64,000 bases of DNA from a virus (taxonomy: Duplodnaviria > Caudoviricetes). Shown in pieces: positions 30,301 through 40,400 of the stretch; within the stretch, counting starts at the first letter, position 1, and every line of letters starts with the position of its first letter. The stretch covers positions 293 through 64,292 of IMG/VR virus record IMGVR_UViG_3300046318_000374; one strand, given 5' to 3'. The translations under genes were made by a program, and so were the position numbers. The notes below the pieces were generated by a model that saw only the letters and a program-made list of their open reading frames with translations, was not told the origin of the DNA and did no database searches.

Positions 30301-32318
30301 CTTCCTGCACTACCGCTTGTACCAGATGTTCCGCCAGTTCCAGCAGTTCCGTTCGTACCACTCGTTCCGCCAGTTCCATTTGTACCACTCGTTCCGCCAC
30401 TACCCGCAGTACCTGTTGTACCACTACTACCGGCAGTTCCTCTTGTTCCAGAAGAACCAGATGTACCTCCACTACCAGTTGAACCAGCTGCGCCTGATGT
30501 ACCACTACTTCCACTTGTTCCACCACTTCCTGCAGTTCCCATTGTACCAGATGTACCTCCGCTACCAGCAGTTCCATTTGTACCAGATGTACCACCACTA
30601 CCACTTGTTCCGCTAGTTCCACCAGTACCAGAAGAACCCGCAGTACCACCACTACCCCCTGCACCAGTTATACCAGATGTACCGCCAGAACCAGCACTAC
30701 CGCTTGTCCCAGATGTACCACCACTACCAGCAGTTCCGTTTGTTCCAGAAGTTCCTCCAGTACCTGATGTACCAGATGTGCCACCGGCTCCACTTATACC
30801 AGATGTACCACCACTACCACTACTTCCGTTTGTTCCAGATGTACCGCTACTTCCGTTTGTTCCAGATGAACCACTACTTCCGCTTGAGCCAGATGAACCC
30901 GTTGTACCAGAAGAACCCGTTGTACCAGATGAACCAGTTGTACCGGATGAGCCTGTTGTACCAGAAGACCCCGTTGAACCAGATGAACCAGATGAACCAG
31001 AAGAGCCAGATGAACCAGAAGTTCCGGATGAACCTCCACTTCCACTTGTACCAGATGTACCACCACTACCGGCAGTTCCTCTCGTTCCACTACTTCCGCT
31101 TGAGCCAGATGTTCCACTACTTCCAGTTGTTCCAGATGAGCCAGTTGAACCACTACTTCCACTACTTCCACTACTACCTGATGAACCACCACTACCAGAT
31201 GTACCGGATGTACCTGATGTACCACCACTACCACTTGTACCAGATGTTCCAGATGTTCCACCACTACCAGATGTTCCAGAAGTACCTGAAGTACCTGAAG
31301 TACCTGAAGTACCAGATGATGCGGCTGCCGTTCTTCTACCAACAACACCAGTAGTTGTATTAAGTACCAAAAACTCTTCAGTTGTATCGTCTGTTCTTGT
31401 GTTACCACTATCTAGTCTAACACTACCAGAAACTGATAAACTACCACTTATACCTAATGAACCTGTAATTTCTTGTTTATCAGTTGTTGTATCACCAAAT
31501 TTGTTTGAACCAGATGCGTAAATAATTGAAGATGATATGTAAGTAGCAAATAATTCCGTTGTGTTTATTTTTCCACCAACATTTAAGTTACCACTAAATA
31601 CAGCGTTTGAACCTGTAATGTTTCTTAGTATTAAATCGCGTCTGTTAGCTACTGAACCATCGGCAGTATTACCATCATATATTTCTAAAGAACCAGTTGT
31701 GTTTCTTCGAATACCCAAATCTCGCGTACCATTGGAATCGGTTGTTTGACTCCATACATGTGTAATATTATTACCACCTCTAAATTGAGTTTGTGATATT
31801 CTAATTTCTCCACCATTTGAACCTAATGTACCACTCCAAGTAATATTTGGACCAACAATAGCAGTAGTAGCTCTAATATTTGATGCGGTTGCATTTGCTG
31901 TAATATTTAGTGAACCGTTTACATCCCCACTACCACTAACTCTCAATGAACCACTTATTGTTGTATTTGTATTTACAACTAATCCTAAATTTGGAGAAAT
32001 TACCGCTTGAGCCGAACCAGATTTTATTCTATCGATATCACCAATTGAAGATGCATTAATATTTGTTATACCACTACCATCTCCTATAAATGCAGATGCC
32101 GATACTGAACCACTAAATTGTGTGTTTGCGTTTACTTGTAATGTACCATTATTAGGTGTCCCAATAATATTTGTTTGTACCGATGAACCAGTTACACCAC
32201 CAAATACATTTAATGAACCAGATGATGCATTAAATACCGATGAACCGCTCACATTTAGTGATATAACACTAGCACTTACTTGATTTAACCCGTTAGGACT
32301 CTTACCGCTGAATACCAT
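24309..32318 (-). CDS. long tail fibre protein with C-terminal intramolecular chaperone (peptidase S74)
   Basis: C-terminal FSDRDLKTN..ALEKISQISGYTY..GLIAQEVEAILP..LNYNG..QGIKEL plus coiled coil; two Gly-X-Y Ser/Thr tracts; about 10 PIFYD..TGYY.DP repeats. Confidence 0.85.
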   Translation of the reverse strand: MVFSGKSPNGLNQVSASVISLNVSGSSVFNASSGSLNVFGGVTGSSVQTNIIGTPNNGTLQVNANTQFSGSVSASAFIGDGSGITNINASSIGDIDRIKSGSAQAVISPNLGLVVNTNTTISGSLRVSGSGDVNGSLNITANATASNIRATTAIVGPNITWSGTLGSNGGEIRISQTQFRGGNNITHVWSQTTDSNGTRDLGIRRNTTGSLEIYDGNTADGSVANRRDLILRNITGSNAVFSGNLNVGGKINTTELFATYISSSIIYASGSNKFGDTTTDKQEITGSLGISGSLSVSGSVRLDSGNTRTDDTTEEFLVLNTTTGVVGRRTAAASSGTSGTSGTSGTSGTSGSGGTSGTSGTSGSGGTSGTSGTSGSGGSSGSSGSSGSSGSTGSSGTTGSSGTSGSSGSSGTRGTAGSGGTSGTSGSGGSSGTSGSSGSSGSSGSSGSTGSSGTTGSSGTTGSSGTTGSSGTTGSSGSSGSSGSSGTNGSSGTSGTNGSSGSGGTSGISGAGGTSGTSGTGGTSGTNGTAGSGGTSGTSGSAGSGGTSGITGAGGSGGTAGSSGTGGTSGTSGSGGTSGTNGTAGSGGTSGTMGTAGSGGTSGSSGTSGAAGSTGSGGTSGSSGTRGTAGSSGTTGTAGSGGTSGTNGTGGTSGTNGTAGTGGTSGTSGSAGSGGTSGSSGALSITGTTDNGVITLNGSAPNVTAEANLKFDGTVLSVTGNETITGNLTVGGRIQTTELFVQYISSSLIYASGSNKFGDAMNDIHEVTGSLRISGSIVIPTAANAPTGVAVGQLYYNTADTNIYRWNGSAWLSAAGTSGTAGSSGTSGSSGSSGSSGTMGTAGSGGTSGSSGSSGSSGTRGTAGTSGTSGPAGANGTSGTSGATGASGSSGTSGSSGTSGTAGSGGSSGSSGTRGTAGSGGTSGSSGSSGSSGSSGSSGLLSLTGTTDNGVITLNGSAPNATVESNLTFNGSLLQVLGSIENPLDNTGIVAGNDRNLGFVKKGGFAAHITTNNSADIVFSKLNQATITPASISAGTLTTLATLSNAGNFSAIGTITGTTLYVGGGTTYYINNGTSNLNSLALGNTVETFPLLTMGASGRYALGVSGAYTRLSAHPSGNGVQLGSWDGSTFTWRLQANNDGNVYAPTSFRAPIFYDNDDAGYYVNPASTSNLNILRTQQVTTPYHSLTSAYYGGSSTPTTGYLITTNIDYGTFNMPTVIIEGYAYGSGVPIHLEIVWYAYNNSWVSYSYDNLGAWDPGTISIGTNGSNKVCIHLSNNIYYGRFNVRCIYDQGAAYLENWSISTATTSGLSRVVTVPKNSINTNISGTAGSETLATVTARGNVANGDIYVPGSGNYFRARYSTGSDIYHASLNWYGLQLGNNGDNYIIAGRTNTGGRLRFFVNNTSDFTSINGTEGMRLDSDGRLYSYIDTRSPIFYDNNNTSYYMDPASTSNIVALQSGNFYVNGTGYDTSNADQWPYIYWLRNTGAGWDEGLIKNSSSRGFFAKAGFGIHMDSSKAFHIFSSGWTANFGVEHGGTAIAAGSFRAPIFYDYNDTGYFLDPGTTATSLRIAGGIKQQNLVGRPYAVWGASGGATGAVVIKFPGNINNYGMVHAEIDLYEYSGNAAATVIVGGHNWNGNWYNYNAEVVGQTDKPVRVGFKDGRYCIVIGNGSSSWSYGQVVLRKIQNGSYYSGVMDVAEGYSVAIESDSYSWISGDLRNLRTPASFTAGTNITAGNAMYAPIYYDSNNGAYYVNPNGDSVMGGINYNGGTHYVNSWNNGTMYIRSSQGDGGIYGRGSGGQFQYQLYGDGGGSYGFLNGVWASWDLRKANGGGLYLNNQSSYYMDGYTSYMGRVYGTADMRSPIYYDLDNTGYYTDPTGTARLSYVAANGGIRVDGNENIYLDYNYGQSIVGVYTSIRYQGVFAMGNAYKLSIDGASTGNLYGLAWSHPNAGGQAGFLNDHGLLVMNYGTTFAAISSRGWFRSSIQAPIFYDNDNTGYYVDPTSTSNMYRIFTVSGGGLTLNGGAQLVLGGSGATFDNGVGARLSESYGALWNFQNSATWHHQIINGSSLVGFQASGTNWGSGNIIASGYLRGTIMYDQNDTGYFVDPNGRSRLASIDYGNGSFYFAGGDWGWRHNTSSGWIQFGPANTGHAHIYTDRSNFYFNVNDLYANGYRVVTYGYNYGSSLYGTIFYDSNNTGYYCDPDGTNRLNFVNSNNHYIQPGYMLYSDMGGWQGEYNKIQWHSTHMYFQQQSSGYFIFRTDSGAERAYINRSGDLWLGYLGWMSSHVNQSVRTDGNPTFTNIYINDWFRQNTANGMYWQPYGRGFMSPEGAGNSYGHVSTYGGGRSGWYGWGVASTHCLMTTTGDNFGLHDNRYSWNWYWDGGAFNVYRGYTYSVGSMRSPIFYDSNDTYYQVDPNGLTRLNYMYSGVYYDREDGSWYGDFNSFSRFNNANVNFIATTAMYQFGFQANYGAFMGCGWSLGNSNSNGPFFNAVYGQGDYGSRNTYNNAGQVYEWFNYYTQTMSLENGGHLRTRGAQWEWNGFSDRDLKTNLNVIENALEKISQISGYTYEFAENTPMTNHPMHDIDGAENYSAGLIAQEVEAILPTIVRDQWVDDGPDTPGRYYKSLNYNGIHGLTVQGIKELEAKSVALEERIAFLESKLEQIEGRIQNLENQ
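29505..31320 (-). repeat. two Gly-X-Y (G-S-S/G-T-S/G-T-A) coding repeat tracts (about 29505-29875 and 30275-31320)
   Basis: 9-nt periodic ACCAGATGA/ACCACTACT-type units. Confidence 0.9.
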
Positions 32319-32336
32319 TCAATTTATATTTTTATT

Positions 32337-32669
32337 TTATGTCAATTCTAATATAGAAACAATCACATCTGCCGATGTTGCTAATGAAGATGTTACCGAA
32401 AGAAAATCTCCTGCTTCTAATACTAATTTTTGGTCTCCACCAACTAAAACGGCAGACCCACCTTGCGTTACTAATGCATCTTTTACTAAATATGCCACTT
32501 TGTTTGCAGATGTATCTCTTACCATCACATTAACACTAATATTTTGTGAATTTGTGTTAGCAACATTTACCCCAATGATAGTTGATGTGGTTTGGGCCGG
32601 GACTTGATATACTATTGTTCCTGCCGTACCAATTGAACCTGTTATACTATTCTTAAATACGTTTGCCAT
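32337..32669 (-). CDS. small structural protein (fibre adaptor-like)
   Basis: VYQVPA.TTSTIIG..VAN...KLVLEAGD...VSILE; paralogous to the outer halves of 43983-44846. Confidence 0.65.
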   Translation of the reverse strand: MANVFKNSITGSIGTAGTIVYQVPAQTTSTIIGVNVANTNSQNISVNVMVRDTSANKVAYLVKDALVTQGGSAVLVGGDQKLVLEAGDFLSVTSSLATSADVIVSILELT

Positions 32670-32676
32670 CTTTTAT

Positions 32677-33006
32677 TTATCCTAATGCAATAGCATATGC
32701 TAATGCGGTATCTAATACATTTACCCCCTCTACCTGAAATTGTCCTCCATCTACTACATTTATATTACCAATTACTTCTTCTGAACCAGTTATGAATATT
32801 GAACCCGTTATTCGTTGTCTATCGGTTGAAAAAGTACCAACACTTACAGTTCTCGTAATTGTTAAGTTTTCAAATGTTGCTTGTGCTACTTCAATTTCTC
32901 CTTTGAAAGAACCCGTAAACGAACCAGTAAACGAACCACTTAAATTTGCATATGCGGTTGATGATTGGGTAATTGAGCCAGAAAAAATTGGACTTTGTAT
33001 TTTCAT
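32677..33006 (-). CDS. short fibre-like protein
   Basis: SGSFTGSFTGSF repeats and C-terminal ALAYAIALG. Confidence 0.6.
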   Translation of the reverse strand: MKIQSPIFSGSITQSSTAYANLSGSFTGSFTGSFKGEIEVAQATFENLTITRTVSVGTFSTDRQRITGSIFITGSEEVIGNINVVDGGQFQVEGVNVLDTALAYAIALG

Positions 33007-33032
33007 CTATACTATTTTCAATGTATTATAGA

Positions 33033-33040
33033 TATAAATA
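33033..33040 (-). promoter_or_regulatory. putative late promoter TATTTATA
   Basis: About 27 nt upstream of ATG 33006. Confidence 0.65.
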
Positions 33041-33055
33041 TAAGTTATCTATCTT

Positions 33056-33499
33056 TTATGGTTTTACCGGCCAAACTAAATTAAAAGGATTTGATTGAGA
33101 TGTAATATCTCTTAAATCTTGTCTATAAGATGTGTATAATGCTTTTGTTTCTGTTGGAATATCACCTAATTGTGTCCAATCTGTCTCTGCTAATAATTGA
33201 CTACGGATTTCTCTTACTTCAATCCATTTATTTTCAATTTTATCTGCGATTTCCGCTTCAGTAGCATCATTTTGTACCCAATTTTGATAATATATCCCAT
33301 CAATTAGGGTTGGAGTACCTTCAACGATGTTTTTTGTGTAATCGTTGGGTTTTGTTGTTTGTTGAACGGCAAATACACCCCACTCACTCAATAATTCGGT
33401 TGTTAAATTGGTAGGAAAGCTAACATTATAGTTATCTTCTCTCAATTGTTCTATTGAGTATGGATATGTTATGTTTTCGTTTACTATTCTTAAATACAT
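33056..33499 (-). CDS. tail fibre assembly chaperone-like protein
   Basis: VREIRSQLLAETDWTQLGD...YRQDLRDITSQ...WPVKP. Confidence 0.8.
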   Translation of the reverse strand: MYLRIVNENITYPYSIEQLREDNYNVSFPTNLTTELLSEWGVFAVQQTTKPNDYTKNIVEGTPTLIDGIYYQNWVQNDATEAEIADKIENKWIEVREIRSQLLAETDWTQLGDIPTETKALYTSYRQDLRDITSQSNPFNLVWPVKP

Positions 33500-33501
33500 A
33501 A

Positions 33502-34416
33502 TTATTTGAAGTTAGTTGGTATAGCTGCGTAGTTAGATAAGTTAATACAATTGTTAAATGCGTTTGTACCAGTTGGAGTTGGTGTTCTTAACCATATTTC
33601 CGGCGCAGTACCTGTAAGTGCATTTGTTGTTGTACTCATATTATATATATTACTAAATAATGTTACTGAATTATTGTAAGTAAATTGTAATACATTTGTC
33701 AATGTACGGCAGTTCTGAAATGTTGATGAAAAGTTAATCACATTTGTATTTGTATCAAATAATGTAGATGGAACACTTGTTAATCCCGTACACGCTAAAA
33801 AACAAGAGGCAAATGATGTTGCTAATGTATTATATTGGAATATATTTGTACCAATTGATGTTATTTGAGTTGTTGCAAATGCGTTGGCAAAATCAGTTGC
33901 TCTTGTTGAGTATTGGAATATATCAGTTGGTATAGATGTTATACCTGTATTTCTCATAAATGAACCAAATGTTTCTATATCTGCCAATCCCTCATATCCA
34001 CCAACTGCACTCATCGATGTCGATGATGGAATTGATGTTAAATTAGTACATCCATAGAAATTAAGAGTTCTCAATCCAACTGTCCCAAACTGAACAATAC
34101 CATTTACCAAACTTCGTATTGATGAATTGTTATTAACCCTAAAACCAGGCATAAATCCATAAATAGTTATAGTGTATGTTGTAGGAGAACCAACTGCCGA
34201 ATATGTATGTATTCTACTTGCTGAAGTTGATGACGAAATTGCAGTTGTTGCAGAACCATCACCCCAATCTACAACAATATTAGGAGTTAGAGCACCAAAA
34301 TCAACAATTGGTAACGTAAATGTTACACCCGCCGTTGGTACTAATATTGTAAATTTGAAAGGGTAGGTTGTACTACCCTCTCCACCTGATGTTGTCAATC
34401 TTCTAAATATTCCCAT
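33502..34416 (-). CDS. PKD-like + BspA/DUF285-type leucine-rich-repeat protein (putative receptor binding)
   Basis: VDWGDG...HTY PKD motif followed by about 24-aa repeats such as F..CT.LTSIP..IFQYNT. Confidence 0.7.
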   Translation of the reverse strand: MGIFRRLTTSGGEGSTTYPFKFTILVPTAGVTFTLPIVDFGALTPNIVVDWGDGSATTAISSSTSASRIHTYSAVGSPTTYTITIYGFMPGFRVNNNSSIRSLVNGIVQFGTVGLRTLNFYGCTNLTSIPSSTSMSAVGGYEGLADIETFGSFMRNTGITSIPTDIFQYSTRATDFANAFATTQITSIGTNIFQYNTLATSFASCFLACTGLTSVPSTLFDTNTNVINFSSTFQNCRTLTNVLQFTYNNSVTLFSNIYNMSTTTNALTGTAPEIWLRTPTPTGTNAFNNCINLSNYAAIPTNFK

Positions 34417-34420
34417 AACA

Positions 34421-37400
34421 TTACGCCATATTTAATCCTGTCACAAATCCATAATAAGTTGTTCCTCCATCATAAGTATAGAATACCAAAATATCAGTTC
34501 CACTTGCAGTTAATGCAGGTGCACCAGTTCCACCAGCCCATCTAACAGTTCCTGGCCAAGTTATTGTACCACTTCCACCATTTACAATCAACAATGTAAA
34601 ACCAAATGCCTTACCTGCAGGTGGATTTGTGAATGTTACAGCCGCTGATGATGTAAATTGTCTTCTAAAGTTGTTTGCAGTTGATAAATCAATTGTAACA
34701 TTTGTACCCGAACCTAAATTTGAGTATGTTTCTCTAAATACAGTTGTTGTTACATAAGTACTAGCATCTACTGCACCTGTGATTGTTAGTATTGTACCAT
34801 CAAATGTTAAGTTTGATTCAACCGTTGCATTTGGAGCAGTTCCATCTAACGTAATAATACCATTATCGGTTGTACCAGTTAAAGAAAGAAGACCAGATGT
34901 ACCTGCTGAACCAGTTGAGCCAGATGAACCAGATGTACCACCGCTACCAGCAGTACCACCTGCAGATGTACCAGATGAACCGGTAGTACCAGAAGTTCCG
35001 TTTGTACCATTAGTTCCAAAGAATGTACCATCTACACCAGATGAGCCAGATGAACCATTTGTACCAATACCTGATGTTCCACTACTTCCACTTGAACCCG
35101 ATGTGCCTGAAGAACCACTACTTCCAAAGAATGTACCATCTAAACCAGAAGAGCCAGTTGTACCAGATGTTCCATCAGTACCAGTTGAACCAGATGTACC
35201 TGTTGAACCACTACTTCCGCTACTTCCGCTTGAACCACTACTTCCAAAATAAGTACCATCTAAACCACTACTTCCACTTGAACCAGATGTGCCAGTTGAA
35301 CCACTGCTTCCACTTGAACCACTACTTCCACTTGAGCCTGAAGAACCACTACTTCCAAAATATGTACCATCTAAACCAGATGAACCACTACTTCCGCTTG
35401 TACCGGATGTACCATTTGATGCAGAAGAACCACTACTACCAGAAGAACCTGCAGTTCCACTACTTCCAAAGAAAGTACCATCTAAACCAGAAGAACCAGA
35501 TGTACCTGTACTTCCGGACGAACCAGATGTACCCATTTCACCACTACTTCCACTTGAACCACTACTTCCACTAGAACCAAAGTAAGTACCATCTAAACCA
35601 CTACTTCCACTTGAACCAGTTGTACCAGATGTACCATCAGTACCAGTTGAACCAGATGAACCACTACTTCCACTTGAACCTGCAGTACCACTACTTCCAA
35701 AGAATGTACCATCTAAACCACTACTTCCACTAGAACCTGTTGAACCAGATGAACCTGTTGTACCAGAAGTTCCTTCAGAACCACTACTTCCGCTCGAGCC
35801 ACTACTTCCACTTGTACCAGATGAACCAAAGTATGTACCATCTAAACCAGATGAACCACTACTTCCACTTGAGCCACTACTTCCGCTACTTCCACTACTT
35901 CCACTTGAGCCACTACTTCCACTTGTTCCAGATGAACCAAAGAAAGTTCCATCTACCCCACTACTTCCGCTAGTTCCATTTGTTCCGCTTGAACCCGAAG
36001 AACCACTACTTCCACTTGAACCAGATGAACCACTACTTCCAAAATATGTACCATCAAATCCACTACTACCGCTTGAACCCGATGTTCCATCAGTACCAGT
36101 TGAACCACTACTTCCACTTGAGCCAGATGAACCATCGATTCCAGATGTACCATCTACACCACTACTTCCACTACTTCCGCTTGAGCCAGAAGAACCGCTT
36201 GAACCACTACTTCCACTACTACCAGAAGAACCAGAAGAGCCTGATGTACCAGATGAACCAAAATATGTACCATCTTGTCCTGATGTACCAGATGTTCCTG
36301 CTGCTCCGGCTACTCCACTACTACCCGCAGTTCCCGGTGTACCCGCAGTACCACTTGAACCAGTAGCGCCAGATGTACCACTTACACCTGAAGAACCTGA
36401 TGAACCACTACTTCCAAAATATGTACCATCTAAACCACTACTTCCACTACTTCCGCTTGAGCCAGATGTACCACTAGAGCCACTACTTCCACTACTTCCG
36501 CTTGAGCCAGAAGTTCCATCGCTACCAGTTGTACCAGATGAACCGCTACTACCACTTGAGCCAGATGTACCGCTTGTTCCTGCCGTACCAGTTGAACCAT
36601 CAGTTCCACTACTTCCACTAGAACCATCAATACCAGAAGAACCAGAAGAACCGCTACTTCCACTTGAACCAGAAGAACCGCTACTTCCACTTGAACCACT
36701 GCTTCCACTACTTCCATCTAATCCAGATGAACCAGATGAACCAGATGTTCCTTCACTACCAGTTGTACCACTACTACCGGTTGAACCACTACTGCCACTA
36801 CTTCCACTACTTCCGCTAGTTCCGCTGCTTCCACTTGAGCCAGATGAGCCTGATGTTCCTTCACTACCAGTTGTACCAGATGAGCCACTACTTCCACTAC
36901 TTCCGCTACTTCCGCTTGAACCACTACTTCCACTACTTCCACTACTTCCGCTTGAACCAGATGAACCAGTTGTACCAGAAGAACCTGTTGTACCACTACT
37001 TCCACTACTTCCGCTGCTTCCACTACTTCCGCTTGAACCACTAGAACCAGATGTTCCACTAGAACCAGTTGTACCACTACTGCCCGAAGAGCCAGAAGAG
37101 CCTGAAGTTCCGTTTGAACCGGATGTACCTGATGTACCATCTTCACCGCTAGTTCCACTACTACCAGCCGAACCTGCCGAACCATTTGAACCAGATGAGC
37201 CAGAAGAACCTGAAGTTCCATCAAAACCAGATGTACCGGCTGAACCACCCGAACCAGCAGAACCCGCCGAACCAGTTGTACCACTACTACCAGATGAACC
37301 ACTACTTCCACTACTTCCCGCAGTTCCACTTGAGCCAGAAGAACCATCTACTCCACTACTTCCGCTTGAACCAGATGAACCGCTTGTAGCAGATGTACCA

Positions 37401-40400
37401 GAAGAACCAGCAGTTCCCGTTGAACCAGATGTACCTGCCGTACCGCGTGTTCCAGAAGAACCAGATGTACCTCCACTACCAGATGTACCACTTGTACCAG
37501 AAGTACCAGCAGACCCCGTTGTTCCACTACTACCAGATGTTCCACTACTTCCGCTAGTTCCACTTGAGCCGGATGTTCCACTTGTTCCACTACTACCAGA
37601 TGTTCCGCTTGAACCAGTTGTACCACTTGAACCAGATGTTCCACTACTTCCAGATGTTCCGCTTGAGCCAGATGTACCACTACTTCCAGATGTTCCACTA
37701 CTTCCAGATGTTCCACTACTTCCAGATGTACCACTACTTCCGCTTGTTCCGCTTGAACCAGATGAGCCAGATGAACCGCTACTTCCACTACTTCCACTTG
37801 AACCAGAAGAACCGCTAGAACCAGTTGAACCACTACTTCCACTAGAGCCACTACTTCCACTACTTCCGCTTGAACCAGATGTTCCATCAATACCAGATGA
37901 ACCAGATGAACCAGATGAACCACTACTTCCGCTACTTCCACTTGAACCAGAAGAACCACTGCTTCCACTTGAACCAGAAGAACCAGAAGAACCATTTGTA
38001 CCAGATGTACCTGCTGCCTGCTGAACGTCTCTAGCTTCTAATTTTTTTGTTGTTTCATTCCAAACTACTACTAAATTTGAATTAGAGCCAGTGTTGAATG
38101 AATTAACATATATACTTCCACTTGCACCCAAACTACCACTAACTACAAAGTTTGCGTTAATTGTACTGTCTTGATTTGCTTGTACAAATGATGCAGTATC
38201 TACGTTTGTTGCGTTTAGTGCAAATTGTGCAACTGATGCAAATGATGATGAGTAAACATACATTGATGCAGTTTGCTCATTTTTAATAAATCCTTCCGCC
38301 GTTAATGCTCCACCTAATACATAAGATGCAGTTACGGCGTATGATGCTGATAATGCAAACGATGCAGTACCAACTGTCATTGAAGCAGTTTGTGAATTTT
38401 GTATAAAGTTTGCCGTATCTACATTGGCTGCATTAGCTGCAAACAATGCATACGATGATGATTCTGCAAAATACACACTCATCGAAGATGTTTGTGAATT
38501 AAGAACAAATTGACCTGTGTTAGCAGATGCAGATATTAATGCTTCTAATGAACCACTACTTAAACCCTGAACATTTGCTGCTACTTCTGCAAATCCTGCT
38601 CTTTCAGCATATGATGAAGAAAGTACAGTACCTATTACTCTATCACCCTGAATTGTTCCATTTATTAAAGAACCACCACTACCGATTACCGCGTGTCCAC
38701 TTGTTAAACCACTAAAGTTAATTTGGACAGTATCGTTATCAATTGCTAAAATTGATGCCGGTAGAATCATTTCTTCAGAGCCAGTTGCATAGACCTGAAC
38801 CATTGGATAACGAATATCCAAATTATGAACAATTGTTACCGAACTTACATTATTAAATGATACTGTCTCCGTTAAAGTAGTTTCTGGTTGAGGAATATAG
38901 TATCCTCTATTTTCATCCCATCTTAAAATATCGTATTCTACACTAGCAGTTGGTCCTCCACCTGTAAATGTGTAAGTACCATATAATGAACCACTTAAAT
39001 ATGGAGAGTATAGGAAACTAGCCGTTAATTCCGGCGTTACTAATCTATCAGTATATGTTGTACCATAAATACTTGCCGATGTATTAACTACAAACCCATT
39101 ATCAGGCGAAATTGATGCAGTAAATGAACCGGATTTTAATATTGGAGTTTCAAATGCTAAATTAGCAATGTTGATATTTGTTAAACCACTACCATCTCCC
39201 ACATAACGTGAACCAGATGCTGCAACTACATCACTACCAGTAATAAAGATACCGCCGGTAACATACAATGAACCAGTTATAGAAACATCCGTATCAACTT
39301 GCAACCCTTTGTTTGGTGAAATTACAGCAGTTACCGAACCAGAAGTAATTCTATCTAATTTAAGGTCTTGCAATGCTTCAGCAGGGATGTTAAACAAACC
39401 ACCACCATCACCAGAATAATATGCCGCCGTTACCGGTACATTTATAGTTAATAATTCAGGGTCAATTAACGCAACTGCAGAACCAGATTGAATTCTATCT
39501 ATTTCTAAATCTTGTAAAGCAGATGCTGGGATGTTAAATAATCCACCACCATCTCCTTTATATAGAGATGCAGTTATCGAACCGCTGAATGCAACTGAAC
39601 CACTAATAACTAAACTTAATGAAGATGTACTAACAGTTCCAGTTACAGTTATTGGTACATTTGATACAAATCCTAAATTTGGAGAAATAGAAGCAGTTGC
39701 ACTACCACTAGCAATACGAGGTGTATCACCAGAACGTTCTGCAATTACACCTGTCAATTGAGAACCATCTCCAAAATAAGTTATTGCCGTTACTGAACCA
39801 CTTACATTAACCGAACCTGTAAATTGTGAACCACTTTCGGGTGAAAATACAATAAGACCAGTTTCGGGCGATACGGAAGCAGTTACCGAACCACTAGCAA
39901 TACGAGGCGAATCGGCTGAACGTTCAGCGATTACACCGGTTAATTGAGAACCATCTCCATAATATGTAAATGCTCTTACCGAACCACTAACATTAACTGA
40001 ACCAGTGAATTGTGAACCACTTTCTAGTGATAAAACTACAAATCCGTTTTCCGGCGTTACCGAGGCAGTTACACTACCAGTTGCAATTAAATTAGCCGTT
40101 AATGCATCAGGAGTTAGGGCAGAACGAGGGATGTTAAATAATCCAGCACCACTACCACTAAAGAACGATGCAGTTGTTGCTAACTGAACAAGTCCATCTA
40201 CAAATATACTACCAGTAAATTGTGAACCACTTTCTAACGATATTACTCTGAACCCATCTTCAGGTGATACCGAAGCAGTTACACTACCCGTTGCAATTAA
40301 AGTTGCCGTTAATGCATCCGGAGTTAGAGCAGAACGAGGAATATTGAATAATCCCTCACCACTACCGGAGTAGAATGAACCAGATGATAATTGAACACCA

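Noticed and set aside
24309-34416. Diversity-generating retroelement or shufflon acting on the fibres
   Set aside because: No reverse transcriptase or site-specific recombinase in the window, and no template/variable repeat pair differing only at adenines was seen by eye.
29281-37995. Many long alternative-frame and plus-strand ORFs (Pro/Val/Glu-, His/Gln/Tyr- or Val/Leu-rich) over the Gly-X-Y tracts
   Set aside because: Shadows of the 9-nt GGN-periodic repeat, which lacks stops in other frames; no promoters or independent coding signal.
34890-38012. Repeat array considered as CRISPR or satellite DNA
   Set aside because: No constant repeat with unique spacers; variation is synonymous within one long reading frame.
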